Of a stretch of 64,000 bases of DNA, positions 51,240 to 60,815 are shown piece after piece; position 1 is the first letter of the stretch, and each line of letters opens with the position of its first letter. The notes below the pieces were generated by a model. It saw nothing but the letters and a program-made list of their open reading frames with translations. It was not told the DNA's origin and ran no database searches. The stretch covers positions 4,306-68,305 of the forward strand of contig JBQCGD010000036.1 of the NCBI GenBank assembly GCA_051955985.1. The letters run 5' to 3'. Made by a program: the position numbers and the translations under genes. The stretch is from Phycisphaerae bacterium (GTDB taxonomy: Bacteria; Planctomycetota; Phycisphaerae; WQYP01).

Positions 51240-52652
51240 GTGGCTGATTCAGCTTTTGATGTAATCGTGATCGGGGCGGGACCTGGCGGCTACGTGTGCG
51301 CCATCCGCGCCGCCCAGCTTGGCCTCAAAGTCGCCTGCATCGACAAGGAATCCCGTTTCGGCGGCACCTGCCTCCGCATCGGCTGCATCCCCTCCAAGGC
51401 CCTCCTCGATGCCTCCGAAAAACTCTTCCTCGCCCAGCACCATTTCGCAGAAATGGGAATCCAGGTCGACAACCCCCGCGTCGACCTTAAAACCATGATG
51501 GGCCGCAAGGACAAAGTCGTCGAAACCCTCACGTCCGGCGTCTCCGCCCTCATGAAAAAGAACAAAATCGAAAAAGTCGTCGGCGCCGCCAAGTTCACCG
51601 GCACCCCCGGCAAAGTCACGGTCACCGGCCCCGACGCGGGGGGGGGCACCCGCGAACTCACCGCCAAGCACATCATCATCGCCACCGGCAGCGCCCCCGC
51701 CGAACTCCCTTTCATGAAATTCGACGGCAAACACATCATCTCCTCCGACCAGGCCCTCTCCCTCGACAAAGTCCCCACCAACATGGTCGTCATCGGCGGC
51801 GGCGCCATCGGCCTCGAAATGGGCTCCGTCTGGGCACGCCTCGGCGCCAAGGTCACCATCCTCGAAATGCTCCCCTCCCTCGTCGCCGGCAGCGACGAGG
51901 AAATGGCCCGCGGCCTCGAAAAAGTCCTCAAAAAACAGGGCCTCCACATCTACACCCAGGCCAAGGTCACCGGCACCAATAGCGACAACGGCGGACTCGC
52001 CGTCGCTTTCGAGTGGGAAGGAAAAAAGATGTCCGAACCCGCCGACGTCATCCTCGTCGCCGTCGGCCGCCGCCCCTACGCCGACAACCTCGGTCTCGAC
52101 ACCATCGGCGTCAAACTCGACAACCGCAAACGCATCGAAGTCGATACCCATTACCGCACGAATGTCGCCGGGGTCTACGCCATCGGCGACGTCATCGCTG
52201 GCCCCATGCTCGCCCACAAAGCCGAAGATGAAGGCGTCGCCTGTGCCGAACTCATCGCCGGCAAGGCGGGTCACGTGAACTACAACGTCATCCCCGGCGT
52301 CGTCTACACGGCCCCCGAACTCGCCTGGGTCGGCAAAACCGAGGAACAGCTCAAAACCGAGGGAATTCCCTACAACGTGGGCAAGTTCAACTTCCGCGTC
52401 AACGGCCGCGCCCTGGCCATGGATGAAACCGACGGCTTCGCGAAAGTGATCGCCCACGCCCAGACCGATCGGATCCTCGGCGTCCACATCCTCGGCGCCC
52501 AGGCTTCCTCGATGATTGCCGAAGGGGCCGCCGTGATGGAATTCGCCGGCAGCGCCGAAGACCTTGGCCGCACCTGCCACGCGCATCCCACGCTGCCCGA
52601 AGCGGTAAAGGAAGCCGCGCTCGCCGCCCTCAAACGCGCCATCCATTCCTGA
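51240..52652 (+). CDS. lpdA: Dihydrolipoyl dehydrogenase
   Basis: GAGPGGY, GGTCLRIGCIPSK, GGGAIGLE and HAHPTLPE motifs. Confidence 0.97.
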   Translation: MADSAFDVIVIGAGPGGYVCAIRAAQLGLKVACIDKESRFGGTCLRIGCIPSKALLDASEKLFLAQHHFAEMGIQVDNPRVDLKTMMGRKDKVVETLTSGVSALMKKNKIEKVVGAAKFTGTPGKVTVTGPDAGGGTRELTAKHIIIATGSAPAELPFMKFDGKHIISSDQALSLDKVPTNMVVIGGGAIGLEMGSVWARLGAKVTILEMLPSLVAGSDEEMARGLEKVLKKQGLHIYTQAKVTGTNSDNGGLAVAFEWEGKKMSEPADVILVAVGRRPYADNLGLDTIGVKLDNRKRIEVDTHYRTNVAGVYAIGDVIAGPMLAHKAEDEGVACAELIAGKAGHVNYNVIPGVVYTAPELAWVGKTEEQLKTEGIPYNVGKFNFRVNGRALAMDETDGFAKVIAHAQTDRILGVHILGAQASSMIAEGAAVMEFAGSAEDLGRTCHAHPTLPEAVKEAALAALKRAIHS

Positions 52653-52806
52653 AGCCTGCAGGGGCATCGGCCGGAGGTGTCGGCAAGCGGTCTGCAGTTC
52701 GATGCCAAGCTGAGCTGACGCAGCCGCTTTTTCGAATTTTGGGCGCATGCTCCAGCCACGACGCGCGGTAAAATGGCGCGCGTGGGGAAAAATCACGAGG
52801 TGGCCC

Positions 52807-53280
52807 ATGGGGTTCTTCAACACCCTCCGCGAACGCCTGTCGGATGCCGTCCTGCATCGCCCGGTTGTCTGCCACGACCCTGTGCTGGGGGAACTCGAAG
52901 AGGTCGGGGGCGGACTGTGGCAAACCACCCAACCCGTCCTGCTCCGCGATGAACTCGAACCGGTCAGTGTCACCGTCGAGGGAGATCTCCTCCTGGATCA
53001 CGTGGCCGGAAACTGGGGCCGCGAAGTCTTCCTGGAACTCCGACGACGCTATCTGATGCTTCAAGAGTCGATTGCGCCAATGCTTTGCAACGCCTCCATC
53101 CGCGTCAGTGCGCCGCACCTCTGGGACCATGCCGTTCTCGTCGGCATCGAAATCTGGCGCACCCCGGGCACCGGCGAACCGGCGATAGCGCTCGAATACC
53201 AGGTCAGCGACGAACCCGAATACGTCTACGTCGTCCGCGTCGAGGGCTGGAAAGCCGTCGACGTGACCATCACCGGCTGA
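52807..53280 (+). CDS. Hypothetical protein
   Basis: GAGGTG SD before MGFFNTL; DPVLGEL motif. Confidence 0.65.
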   Translation: MGFFNTLRERLSDAVLHRPVVCHDPVLGELEEVGGGLWQTTQPVLLRDELEPVSVTVEGDLLLDHVAGNWGREVFLELRRRYLMLQESIAPMLCNASIRVSAPHLWDHAVLVGIEIWRTPGTGEPAIALEYQVSDEPEYVYVVRVEGWKAVDVTITG

Positions 53281-53497
53281 AAAGGCGCATGCCCGTGCGC
53301 CAAAGTGCAGAAAATAGAACGGAATCGCAGAAAAACATTGCGTTCTCCCCATCGAGAGGTATAGTCGCTCTCCCCTCTTCAAGGATGAAAGCAGTCAGCA
53401 AACGGAATTGCCTCCGGGTGGTCTTGTTACAAATGAGCGTCCCGTGGCGTGGGACGAATCGCCGGGCCGATGCTTCAGGCAGGAGTGTCGGCCCGGT

Positions 53498-54373
53498 TTA
53501 TTTTTGCGGCGGCATCAGTGCTGCCCACAACCGACCCAACGCTGCATGATTCACGGCGTGGGCCTCTGCGGCTGCGGTTTTGTCCAGACGCGGATGGTCA
53601 AACCGCGCCGCCGCCCGCTGCAGCCGCCGTGCATAAGACTCCGGCGAATACGCCCCGCAGACATCGATGCCTGCCACGTTCCCCCGCGGCAATTCCCCCA
53701 GCGCCCACGCAATCTCCTCCGGCGAGAAGAGTCCATTTTCCCAGTTCGTCACGGCAGAGTCTCGCGTGAGGGCATCAAGGTCCAGCGTGATGTAGATCGG
53801 CCGGCTTTGCAGTGTGCGGGCGAATTGCGAAAAGCGGTTGCGCCAGGTCTCCCGCGTCATGCAGTTGAACATCCGGGCGACGGCCGGCGATTGGCGTTCG
53901 GCCCACGCGTGCACGGCGAGTTTGCCGCTCGCCAGCGCCTTTCGATTGCGAAACAGCCGCGAGGGAAAGCCAAGCTCGAAATTGCCGCAGCCCCAGATCG
54001 ACGCATTGGCCAACTCCGGGAATTCGAGCGCCCGGTTGATCCATCCGCCGCACGCCCAGCGGGGCGGGCGTACGTCCCAGTCAGGGTGATTGTCGAACGA
54101 AAGCAGCACGAGGTCTTTGGGCTGCGTGATGCGGATGGTGCGTCGCAGGAACCACGCCGCCAAATAGTGGAAATCACCGGAGCCATAGAGAATCAGCCGG
54201 TCGTTATCGTTCAACCCCTCGCCGAGGGTGTCGATCGATCGCTGAATGATTTTTTCGGGCGCCATGTATCGCAGGTGCGGACCGAGCGGCCGGGCATCGA
54301 TCGTGCGGATGGACGCGTCCGGCAGCCGGGCCGGATCCCACGCGTCGTCGAAATTGATGTGGACAGCCTTCAT
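53498..54373 (-). CDS. Arginase/ureohydrolase-fold protein
   Basis: YGSGDFHY, FDNHPD, YITLDLDAL and GIDVCG motifs. Confidence 0.8.
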   Translation of the reverse strand: MKAVHINFDDAWDPARLPDASIRTIDARPLGPHLRYMAPEKIIQRSIDTLGEGLNDNDRLILYGSGDFHYLAAWFLRRTIRITQPKDLVLLSFDNHPDWDVRPPRWACGGWINRALEFPELANASIWGCGNFELGFPSRLFRNRKALASGKLAVHAWAERQSPAVARMFNCMTRETWRNRFSQFARTLQSRPIYITLDLDALTRDSAVTNWENGLFSPEEIAWALGELPRGNVAGIDVCGAYSPESYARRLQRAAARFDHPRLDKTAAAEAHAVNHAALGRLWAALMPPQK

Positions 54374-54488
54374 GCGTTGGCACAGAGTACACGGATTTCC
54401 GGGGATTACGAGCATTTCAATGCCACCGCATTGACCATCGCTCCGGTTGTGCGTGTAATTTCGTGGAAAGTGCGTTAGGAGAAGGTCC

Positions 54489-55367
54489 ATGAGACGGCGC
54501 GTTCTGCCCGGGGTATTGCTTATTGGAGCGACTTGTTGCGTCGGTGCTGCAGCGGAACCGGCAGTCGAGGTGCGACTTCACCGTCCCATGCGGGTCGGCG
54601 AACAGTATGCCCTCGATTTTCAGGAACATGATGTCACGCGTCGTGAGGCCGACAATGGAACGGATGTCGTTATCCAAGACGACATGGCACGGCTGAAGGG
54701 ACGCATGGACGTGGAGGGTGTGGACCGCATAGGCCGGGAGACGGTGTTCAGGCTGACAATTGAAGAACTTCGCGCCGGCGATTCGAAGGCCGATCACGCG
54801 CTGGAGAATGTGCCGCACGTCGTCCGCGTGATGAACTCCGGCGGCAAGGTGGCCTTGCACGCACTCGATGGCGAACTCTCGGAGCGTGCCGAGCAAGCGC
54901 TCCGGATGCTCTTTCAACCGCGACCCGCGGGGTATTTTTCGACAGACGATGATGCTTTCGGCGGGGGCGTGAAGCGGCACGTCGGCGAGACGTGGCCGGT
55001 GAATGCGAATTCCCTCGCGGATACCTGGAAGCTCCAGGATCTGCTGGTCGATCCCAAAGACATCACCGGCACTTGCTGCCTTGTTGCGACCAAACCGTTC
55101 GGCAACGCGCCAGGGATTGAGGCCACGGCCAAGGTGGAGGTGAGCAAGGCGCGCACGCCGCGGCAGCCGCAGATTCGGGGCGCCTCCATGTCGCTCAATT
55201 ATTGGGGCGTGTTCCCCGTCGGCATGCAAGACAGTTGGCAAACGAAGATGACATCGTTGAGCCGGCTGACGGTGATGAAAGATGGCGCGACGCAACATTT
55301 GGAGTACGAGCGCGAGCGGGATGCAAGCCAGAAATTGATCAAGCAAGGAGACAACGGTGGCCATTGA
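54489..55367 (+). CDS. Secreted hypothetical protein
   Basis: AGGAG SD and signal peptide; its stop overlaps the next gene. Confidence 0.65.
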   Translation: MRRRVLPGVLLIGATCCVGAAAEPAVEVRLHRPMRVGEQYALDFQEHDVTRREADNGTDVVIQDDMARLKGRMDVEGVDRIGRETVFRLTIEELRAGDSKADHALENVPHVVRVMNSGGKVALHALDGELSERAEQALRMLFQPRPAGYFSTDDDAFGGGVKRHVGETWPVNANSLADTWKLQDLLVDPKDITGTCCLVATKPFGNAPGIEATAKVEVSKARTPRQPQIRGASMSLNYWGVFPVGMQDSWQTKMTSLSRLTVMKDGATQHLEYERERDASQKLIKQGDNGGH

Positions 55368-56229
55368 ACTGGTGCGGGCAACACCGGAGCGTGCGGACGA
55401 ACTCTCACGCCTCTTCTTTGAAGCATTTCGCACGCTGCACGAGCGCCACCGCGTCCCGCTGGATATCGCCAGTCTCGAGGTGGCATCGCATGGGATGGAC
55501 ATGTTCCTCTCGCGGCCGGACATGTACGGCGTCATGGCCCTCGACGGCGGTAAAGTCGTCGGCCACAACTTCCTGCAGCTCTCCGACGAGGTCGCCGGCG
55601 TTGGGCCCGTCTGCGTCGACCCGGCGTGCCAAAGCAGGGGGGTGGGAAAGATGTTGATGCAGCACGTCACCGAGTGGGCGTTGAAAAATCACGGCCCCAT
55701 GGTGCGGCTCCTGCAGGAATCGGTGAACACCACGTCGCTGAGGCTCTATGCATCGCTCGGATACGCCGTGCGCGAGCCGGTGCTCAAGATGGTGCTGAAG
55801 CCCGCGCCGGCCGCCGATGCGAGCGTGCGGCCGCTGACGATGGACGATCTCGCCGCGTGCGATGTCCTCTGCCGCCAGGTCTACCGCATCTCGCGCCGGA
55901 ACGAACTTGCCAGAATGATCCAGCACGGCAGCGCCGTCGGCCTGATTCCGCACGGCCGCTTCCGCGATGGCCAGGTGGCCGCGTACGTCATTCCCGGTTT
56001 CTTCGGCTACGGCGTGGCGGTTGCGGAAGAAGATCTCCTGGCCACCGCCGAGCAGGCCGCGCGGGTCAGCCCACCCCCGATGCACATCATGCTTGTGCCC
56101 GTCCGGAACACCCAGCTTTTCAACGGCGCACTCCGGCGCGGCTGGCGCTCGGAAAAGCTCCTGAACTTGATGACCGTCGGCCCGTACGAAGAACCCCAGA
56201 GCGCCTGGGCCCCCTCCATCGGGTTTTGA
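55357..56229 (+). CDS. GNAT family acetyltransferase (tandem GNAT fold)
   Basis: GPVCVDPACQSRGVGKMLM and SLRLYASLGY; second module starts VRPLTMDDL. Confidence 0.88.
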   Translation: MAIELVRATPERADELSRLFFEAFRTLHERHRVPLDIASLEVASHGMDMFLSRPDMYGVMALDGGKVVGHNFLQLSDEVAGVGPVCVDPACQSRGVGKMLMQHVTEWALKNHGPMVRLLQESVNTTSLRLYASLGYAVREPVLKMVLKPAPAADASVRPLTMDDLAACDVLCRQVYRISRRNELARMIQHGSAVGLIPHGRFRDGQVAAYVIPGFFGYGVAVAEEDLLATAEQAARVSPPPMHIMLVPVRNTQLFNGALRRGWRSEKLLNLMTVGPYEEPQSAWAPSIGF

Positions 56230-56296
56230 CGCCCCACGCGCCTTCCCCTCCCGCACCCTCCTAAAATGGGTTATCTTTCCGGACTGATTTCACTCG

Positions 56297-57493
56297 ATGA
56301 GCAGGAGCGTGCGGCGGGTGCCGACGTTTTTTTTAACAGCAGCAGAACATTCCGGCGATGCGCTGGGCGCATCGCTGATTCACGCGCTTCGGAAACGCTT
56401 CCCGGACGCCCGCTTCGTCGGGGTAGGGGGGGAACGCATGGCGGCCGCGGGGTGCCGGTTGATTGCCAATCCCGTCGGCCGGTCGGCGATGCTCATCGGC
56501 GCCCTTTTCACCGAGAGTCGCTACTGGTGGGAGCGCCTGAAGGAGATCCGCGCCGAGTTGCGCGCGGTGAAGCCGGACGTCGTGGTTCCGATTGATTCCT
56601 CCGCCATCAACCTGCGCATCGCCGCCGTCGCCAAGGAAGAAAAGATCCCGGTCTGCTATTACGTTGCCCCGCAGGTGTGGGCCTCGCGCCCGTGGCGGGT
56701 GAAGAAAATTGCGCAAGTGGTCGACACGCTCTGCTGCGTCCTGCCGTTCGAAGAAAAATATTTCCAGGAGCGTGGCGTCGGCGGCGTTTACGTCGGACAC
56801 CCGATGTTTGATGTGCCGGCGGAGGTCCCGGAAAACGACCCGGCCCGTCTGGATCCGCCATTGCCCGGCCGCAATGGCGAACCGGGGGGCATGAAGGTCG
56901 CCATCTTTCCGGGCAGCCGCAAGGCCGAGATCGACCGCCACATGCCGCCGATGCTCCGCATCATGGCGGAGATCCGGGGCAAATTTCCCAAGGTTCAGTT
57001 TGTGGCGGCGGCGCCTTCGGAAGAGCGCGCCTGGCAAATCCGCCATCATTTGCGCTCCAACAACACCCCGGTGGACATCCGCGTGGGCAGTTCCGACGCC
57101 ATCATCCGCTGGGCCGACCTCGTCCTCTCCAAGAGCGGCACCGCCACGCTGCAAATCGCCCGCCACCACAAGCCGATGGTGGTGATGTACGCCATCGCCT
57201 GGTGGAAGTGGCACCTGTTTGCGCGCTATGTCATCAACACGCGCTACATCGCGCTGGTCAACATCCTCGCCGGGCGCGAACTCGTGCCGGAGTACATCCC
57301 GTTCTACGGCTCGCCGCTGCCGGTGGCGCGGGAGTGCATCGAGCTGCTTTCCCGGCCGGAACTGCGCGCCTCGATGTCGCGCGAACTGGCGGACCTGGTA
57401 AAGCCGCTGGCCCCGATCAAGGCGGATCAGCTCGCCGCCGACCGGGTCGCCGCAGAGGTCGCGAAACACGTAAAATCAGCGATCGGCAATTGA
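56297..57493 (+). CDS. lpxB: Lipid-A-disaccharide synthase
   Basis: AAEHSGD, YYVAPQVWASRPWR, LPFE, YVGHP, FPGSRKAEI, KSGTATL and LVNILAG..LVPE motifs. Confidence 0.93.
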   Translation: MSRSVRRVPTFFLTAAEHSGDALGASLIHALRKRFPDARFVGVGGERMAAAGCRLIANPVGRSAMLIGALFTESRYWWERLKEIRAELRAVKPDVVVPIDSSAINLRIAAVAKEEKIPVCYYVAPQVWASRPWRVKKIAQVVDTLCCVLPFEEKYFQERGVGGVYVGHPMFDVPAEVPENDPARLDPPLPGRNGEPGGMKVAIFPGSRKAEIDRHMPPMLRIMAEIRGKFPKVQFVAAAPSEERAWQIRHHLRSNNTPVDIRVGSSDAIIRWADLVLSKSGTATLQIARHHKPMVVMYAIAWWKWHLFARYVINTRYIALVNILAGRELVPEYIPFYGSPLPVARECIELLSRPELRASMSRELADLVKPLAPIKADQLAADRVAAEVAKHVKSAIGN

Positions 57494-57529
57494 CACAAGA
57501 TTCTGTAAAGTATCGGCTTGCGATTAAAC

Positions 57530-57592
57530 ACATACTAAATCGGTAGGAATAGTATGTATTCCCATTGACACGCGCTTCTCGGAAGATACGAT
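57530..57592 (+). promoter_or_regulatory. Operator-like palindrome plus sigma70 promoter of the sulfate transport operon
   Basis: ACATACTA-N12-TAGTATGT (57530-57557), then TTGACA-16 bp-TACGAT (57565-57592). Confidence 0.6.
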
Positions 57593-57706
57593 GGTGCACT
57601 TCTCCGCCGGAGCCGCGGAGCTGCCCGGAGCCTCCATGACCTGTTGTTGATCAACCTGCCTCGCCTCCTCTTCCCTCCTGCCATACCCGTTCATGAAGGA
57701 GCCGCC

Positions 57707-58723
57707 GTGCTCTCCACATTCCGGTCCATTGTCGCGGGCCTCCTCCTCGCCGCAGGCCTGTTGATTCTTCCCCGCGTGCTCAGTGCCGCCGATATCGCCC
57801 TCTACAACGTCTCTTACGACCCCACGCGCGAACTCTACAAAGAGATCAACGCCGCCTTTCGCACCGCCTATCAGCGCGACACCGGCGACACCGTCACCAT
57901 CAAGCAATCCCACGGCGGCTCGGGGAAGCAGGCACGCTCCGTCATCGACGGCGCCCCCGCCGATGTCGTCACCCTCGCCCTCGCCGCCGACATCGACAAC
58001 ATCGCCCGAAAATCCCAACTCCTCCCCGCGGACTGGCAAAGCAGACTTCCCCTCCACAGCACCCCCTACACCAGCACCATCGTGTTCCTGGTGCGCAAGG
58101 GAAATCCGAAGGGCATCCACGACTGGAACGACCTCCTCAAACCCGGCGTGCGCGTCATCGCTCCGGACCCCCGCAGTTCCGGCGGCGCGCGCTGGGCCTA
58201 CCTCGCAGCGTGGGGCCAGGCGCTCAAGGCCAACAACAACGACGAATCCAAGGCCCGGGCTTACGTCGCCGAGCTGTATCACCACGTGCCGGTGCTTGAT
58301 TCCGGCGCCCGCGCGGCGACCGTCACTTTCGCCCAGCGTGGCCAGGGGGATGTGCTTCTAAGCTGGGAGAACGAAGCCTACCTCGCGGTCAAAGAATTCG
58401 GCGCCGACAATTTCGCGATCGTCACCCCGGCTGTTTCGATCCTCGCCGAACCGCCGGTCGCCGTGGTGGAGAAAAACGCAGAAAAGGACGGTGTGACGAA
58501 GGCCGCGGAAGCCTATGTGAAATTCCTGTACACCCCCGAAGCACAGGAAATCATCGCCCGGAACTTCTACCGCCCGCGCGACACCGACGTCGCCGCCCGT
58601 CACGAAAAGGAGTTCCCCAAGGTCGAACTTTTTACCGTCGATGACCTCTTCGGCGGCTGGTCCCGAGTGCAGGCCACCCACTTCGCCGACGGCGGCATCT
58701 TCGATCAAATCAGCCGGAAATGA
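57707..58723 (+). CDS. sbp: Sulfate ABC transporter substrate-binding protein
   Basis: [31 protein letters not shown] and WENEA motifs; AAGGAG SD before GTG. Confidence 0.96.
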   Translation: MLSTFRSIVAGLLLAAGLLILPRVLSAADIALYNVSYDPTRELYKEINAAFRTAYQRDTGDTVTIKQSHGGSGKQARSVIDGAPADVVTLALAADIDNIARKSQLLPADWQSRLPLHSTPYTSTIVFLVRKGNPKGIHDWNDLLKPGVRVIAPDPRSSGGARWAYLAAWGQALKANNNDESKARAYVAELYHHVPVLDSGARAATVTFAQRGQGDVLLSWENEAYLAVKEFGADNFAIVTPAVSILAEPPVAVVEKNAEKDGVTKAAEAYVKFLYTPEAQEIIARNFYRPRDTDVAARHEKEFPKVELFTVDDLFGGWSRVQATHFADGGIFDQISRK

Positions 58724-59583
58724 CCTGGAGTTTCAAAAGAGCCGCCGTGATCAACGCCTTCAAAAAACGATCCGTTCTGCCCGGATTCGGGCTCTCCATG
58801 GGGTACACCATGCTGTACCTCTCGCTGATCGTGCTCATCCCGCTCGGCGGCCTGTTCGTCAAATCCGCCTCCCTCTCGTGGGCCGACTTCCGCGAACTCG
58901 TCACCAACCCCGATCTCATCGCTTCCCTCAAGCTCACCTTCGGCGCCTCCTTCCTCGCCGCCCTTATCAACGCCTTTTTCGGCTTCATCATCGCCTGGAC
59001 GCTCGTGCGCTACCCCTTCCCCGGCCACAAATTCCTGGATGCGGTCATCGACCTCCCCTTCGCTCTCCCCACGGCCGTCAGCGGCATCACCCTCGCCACG
59101 CTCTATGCCAACACCGGCTGGATGGGGCGCTGGCTCGAGCCGCTGGGAATCCAGGTCGCCTATGCCCGCCTCGGCGTTCTTGTCGCCATGATTTTCATCG
59201 GCGTCCCGTTCGTCGTCCGCACCCTGGAGCCGGCCATCCAGGACCTCGACCCCGAAGTCGAAGAAGCCGCCGCCAGCCTCGGCGCGTCCCGCAGCCAGGC
59301 GTTTTTCCGCGTGGTTCTCCCCGCGCTTCTTCCGGCCCTCATGACCGGCTTTTCGCTCGCTTTCGCCCGCGCGATCGGCGAGTACGGCTCCGTCATCTTC
59401 ATCTCCGGACGCATCCGCGGAAAAACCCAGATCGCCGCCGACCTCATTCAAAATGAGCTCGAAAACGGCAACTACGCCCGCGCGACCGCCATTGGCGCGG
59501 TCATGCTCGTCGTCTCCTTCCTGCTCCTCGGCACGATCAACGCCCTGCAGTGGTGGTCCACGCGCCGTTCACGCACCGCTTAA
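58720..59583 (+). CDS. cysT: Sulfate ABC transporter permease CysT
   Basis: [32 protein letters not shown] and GEYGSVIFI motifs. Confidence 0.95.
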   Translation: MTWSFKRAAVINAFKKRSVLPGFGLSMGYTMLYLSLIVLIPLGGLFVKSASLSWADFRELVTNPDLIASLKLTFGASFLAALINAFFGFIIAWTLVRYPFPGHKFLDAVIDLPFALPTAVSGITLATLYANTGWMGRWLEPLGIQVAYARLGVLVAMIFIGVPFVVRTLEPAIQDLDPEVEEAAASLGASRSQAFFRVVLPALLPALMTGFSLAFARAIGEYGSVIFISGRIRGKTQIAADLIQNELENGNYARATAIGAVMLVVSFLLLGTINALQWWSTRRSRTA

Positions 59584-59607
59584 CCAGCACTCGGAGAATT
59601 CCGCCCC

Positions 59608-60501
59608 ATGTCCGTCGCCACCGCACCATCTCCGCCCGCCATCCTCATCCTGCGCATCCACGGACGATCCGCCGGCGCGGCCTGGGTCAAGGCTGCCTGC
59701 ATCGCAATCACCCTCGGCTTCATCGCCCTTTTCCTGCTCCTGCCGCTCATCGCCGTCTTTTATGAGGCCTTCCGCAAGGGATGGTCGGAATACGCCGCCG
59801 CGCTCACCGATCCCGATTCCCTCCACGCCATGAAAATGACCCTCGCCGTCGCCGCCTTCACCGTGCCGCTGAACACGATCTTCGGCATCGCCGCGGCGTG
59901 GTGCATCGCCAAGTTCTCCTTCAAAGGCAAAGCCCTCCTCACCACGCTCATCGACCTCCCCTTCGCCGTCTCCCCCGTCATCGCCGGCATGATCTTCGTC
60001 CTGATCTTCGGACGCTCCGGTCTCCTCGGCACTTGGCTCGATCAACACAACATCCGCATCCTCTTCGCCCTCCCCGGCATGGTGCTCGCCACCACCTTCG
60101 TCACCTTCCCCTTCGTCGCGCGCGAACTCATTCCGCTGATGCAGGAGCAAGGCTCCCAGGAAGAACAGGCCGCCATCTCCCTGGGCGCCGGCGGCCTGCA
60201 GACGTTCTGGCAAATCACCCTGCCGAACATCAAGTGGGGCCTCCTCTACGGCGTGATTCTCTGCAACGCCCGCGCAATGGGAGAATTCGGCGCCGTCAAC
60301 GTCGTCACGGAAAACTCCACCGATACCAACACCGTCCCCCTCCAGATTCAAAACCTCTACGACGGCTTTCACATCCCGGGCGCGTTCGCGCTCTCCACCG
60401 TGCTGGCGCTTCTTGGGCTGCTCACGCTCGTCGCCAAGACGTTGCTCGAATGGAAAATCCGCCGCGATGTCGCCGCCGCTCAGCGCGAAACTGCATCCTG
60501 A
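59608..60501 (+). CDS. cysW: Sulfate ABC transporter permease CysW
   Basis: DLPFAVSPVIAG, PFVARELIP and LPNIKWGLLYGVILCNARAMGEFGAV. Confidence 0.95.
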   Translation: MSVATAPSPPAILILRIHGRSAGAAWVKAACIAITLGFIALFLLLPLIAVFYEAFRKGWSEYAAALTDPDSLHAMKMTLAVAAFTVPLNTIFGIAAAWCIAKFSFKGKALLTTLIDLPFAVSPVIAGMIFVLIFGRSGLLGTWLDQHNIRILFALPGMVLATTFVTFPFVARELIPLMQEQGSQEEQAAISLGAGGLQTFWQITLPNIKWGLLYGVILCNARAMGEFGAVNVVTENSTDTNTVPLQIQNLYDGFHIPGAFALSTVLALLGLLTLVAKTLLEWKIRRDVAAAQRETAS

Positions 60502-60571
60502 CGCATCCGCGCTCCCGCTGATCCCCCGATCGCAATTCTACGGACTTGATGCGTAATTCCCCGGATTGGCG

Positions 60572-60676
60572 CAAAAATGAAGCCGGTGATCGCGTGGGAG
60601 ACGATCACCGGCATTCGTGGGGGAGAAGGAAGGAACTTCATCAGCCGTGAGTTGTGGGGTACTCGAACGACTGACG
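60572..60676 (-). ncRNA. Candidate small RNA
   Basis: AT-rich upstream region with TATTAT -10; 5' hairpin, single-stranded UUCCUUCCUUCUCCCCC tract, 11-bp stem and U-tract. Confidence 0.4.
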
Positions 60677-60815
60677 CTTAATAATACGGCGTTAACAAAA
60701 CGGGAATCCACTTTTTGTTTAAATTTTTCTGCACAATTTTTCAACTGTTGAGGTTTGTCAATACTGGACTTACATCGAGGATGTGCTTCTTCACTCGACC
60801 GACGGGTAGAGATAC

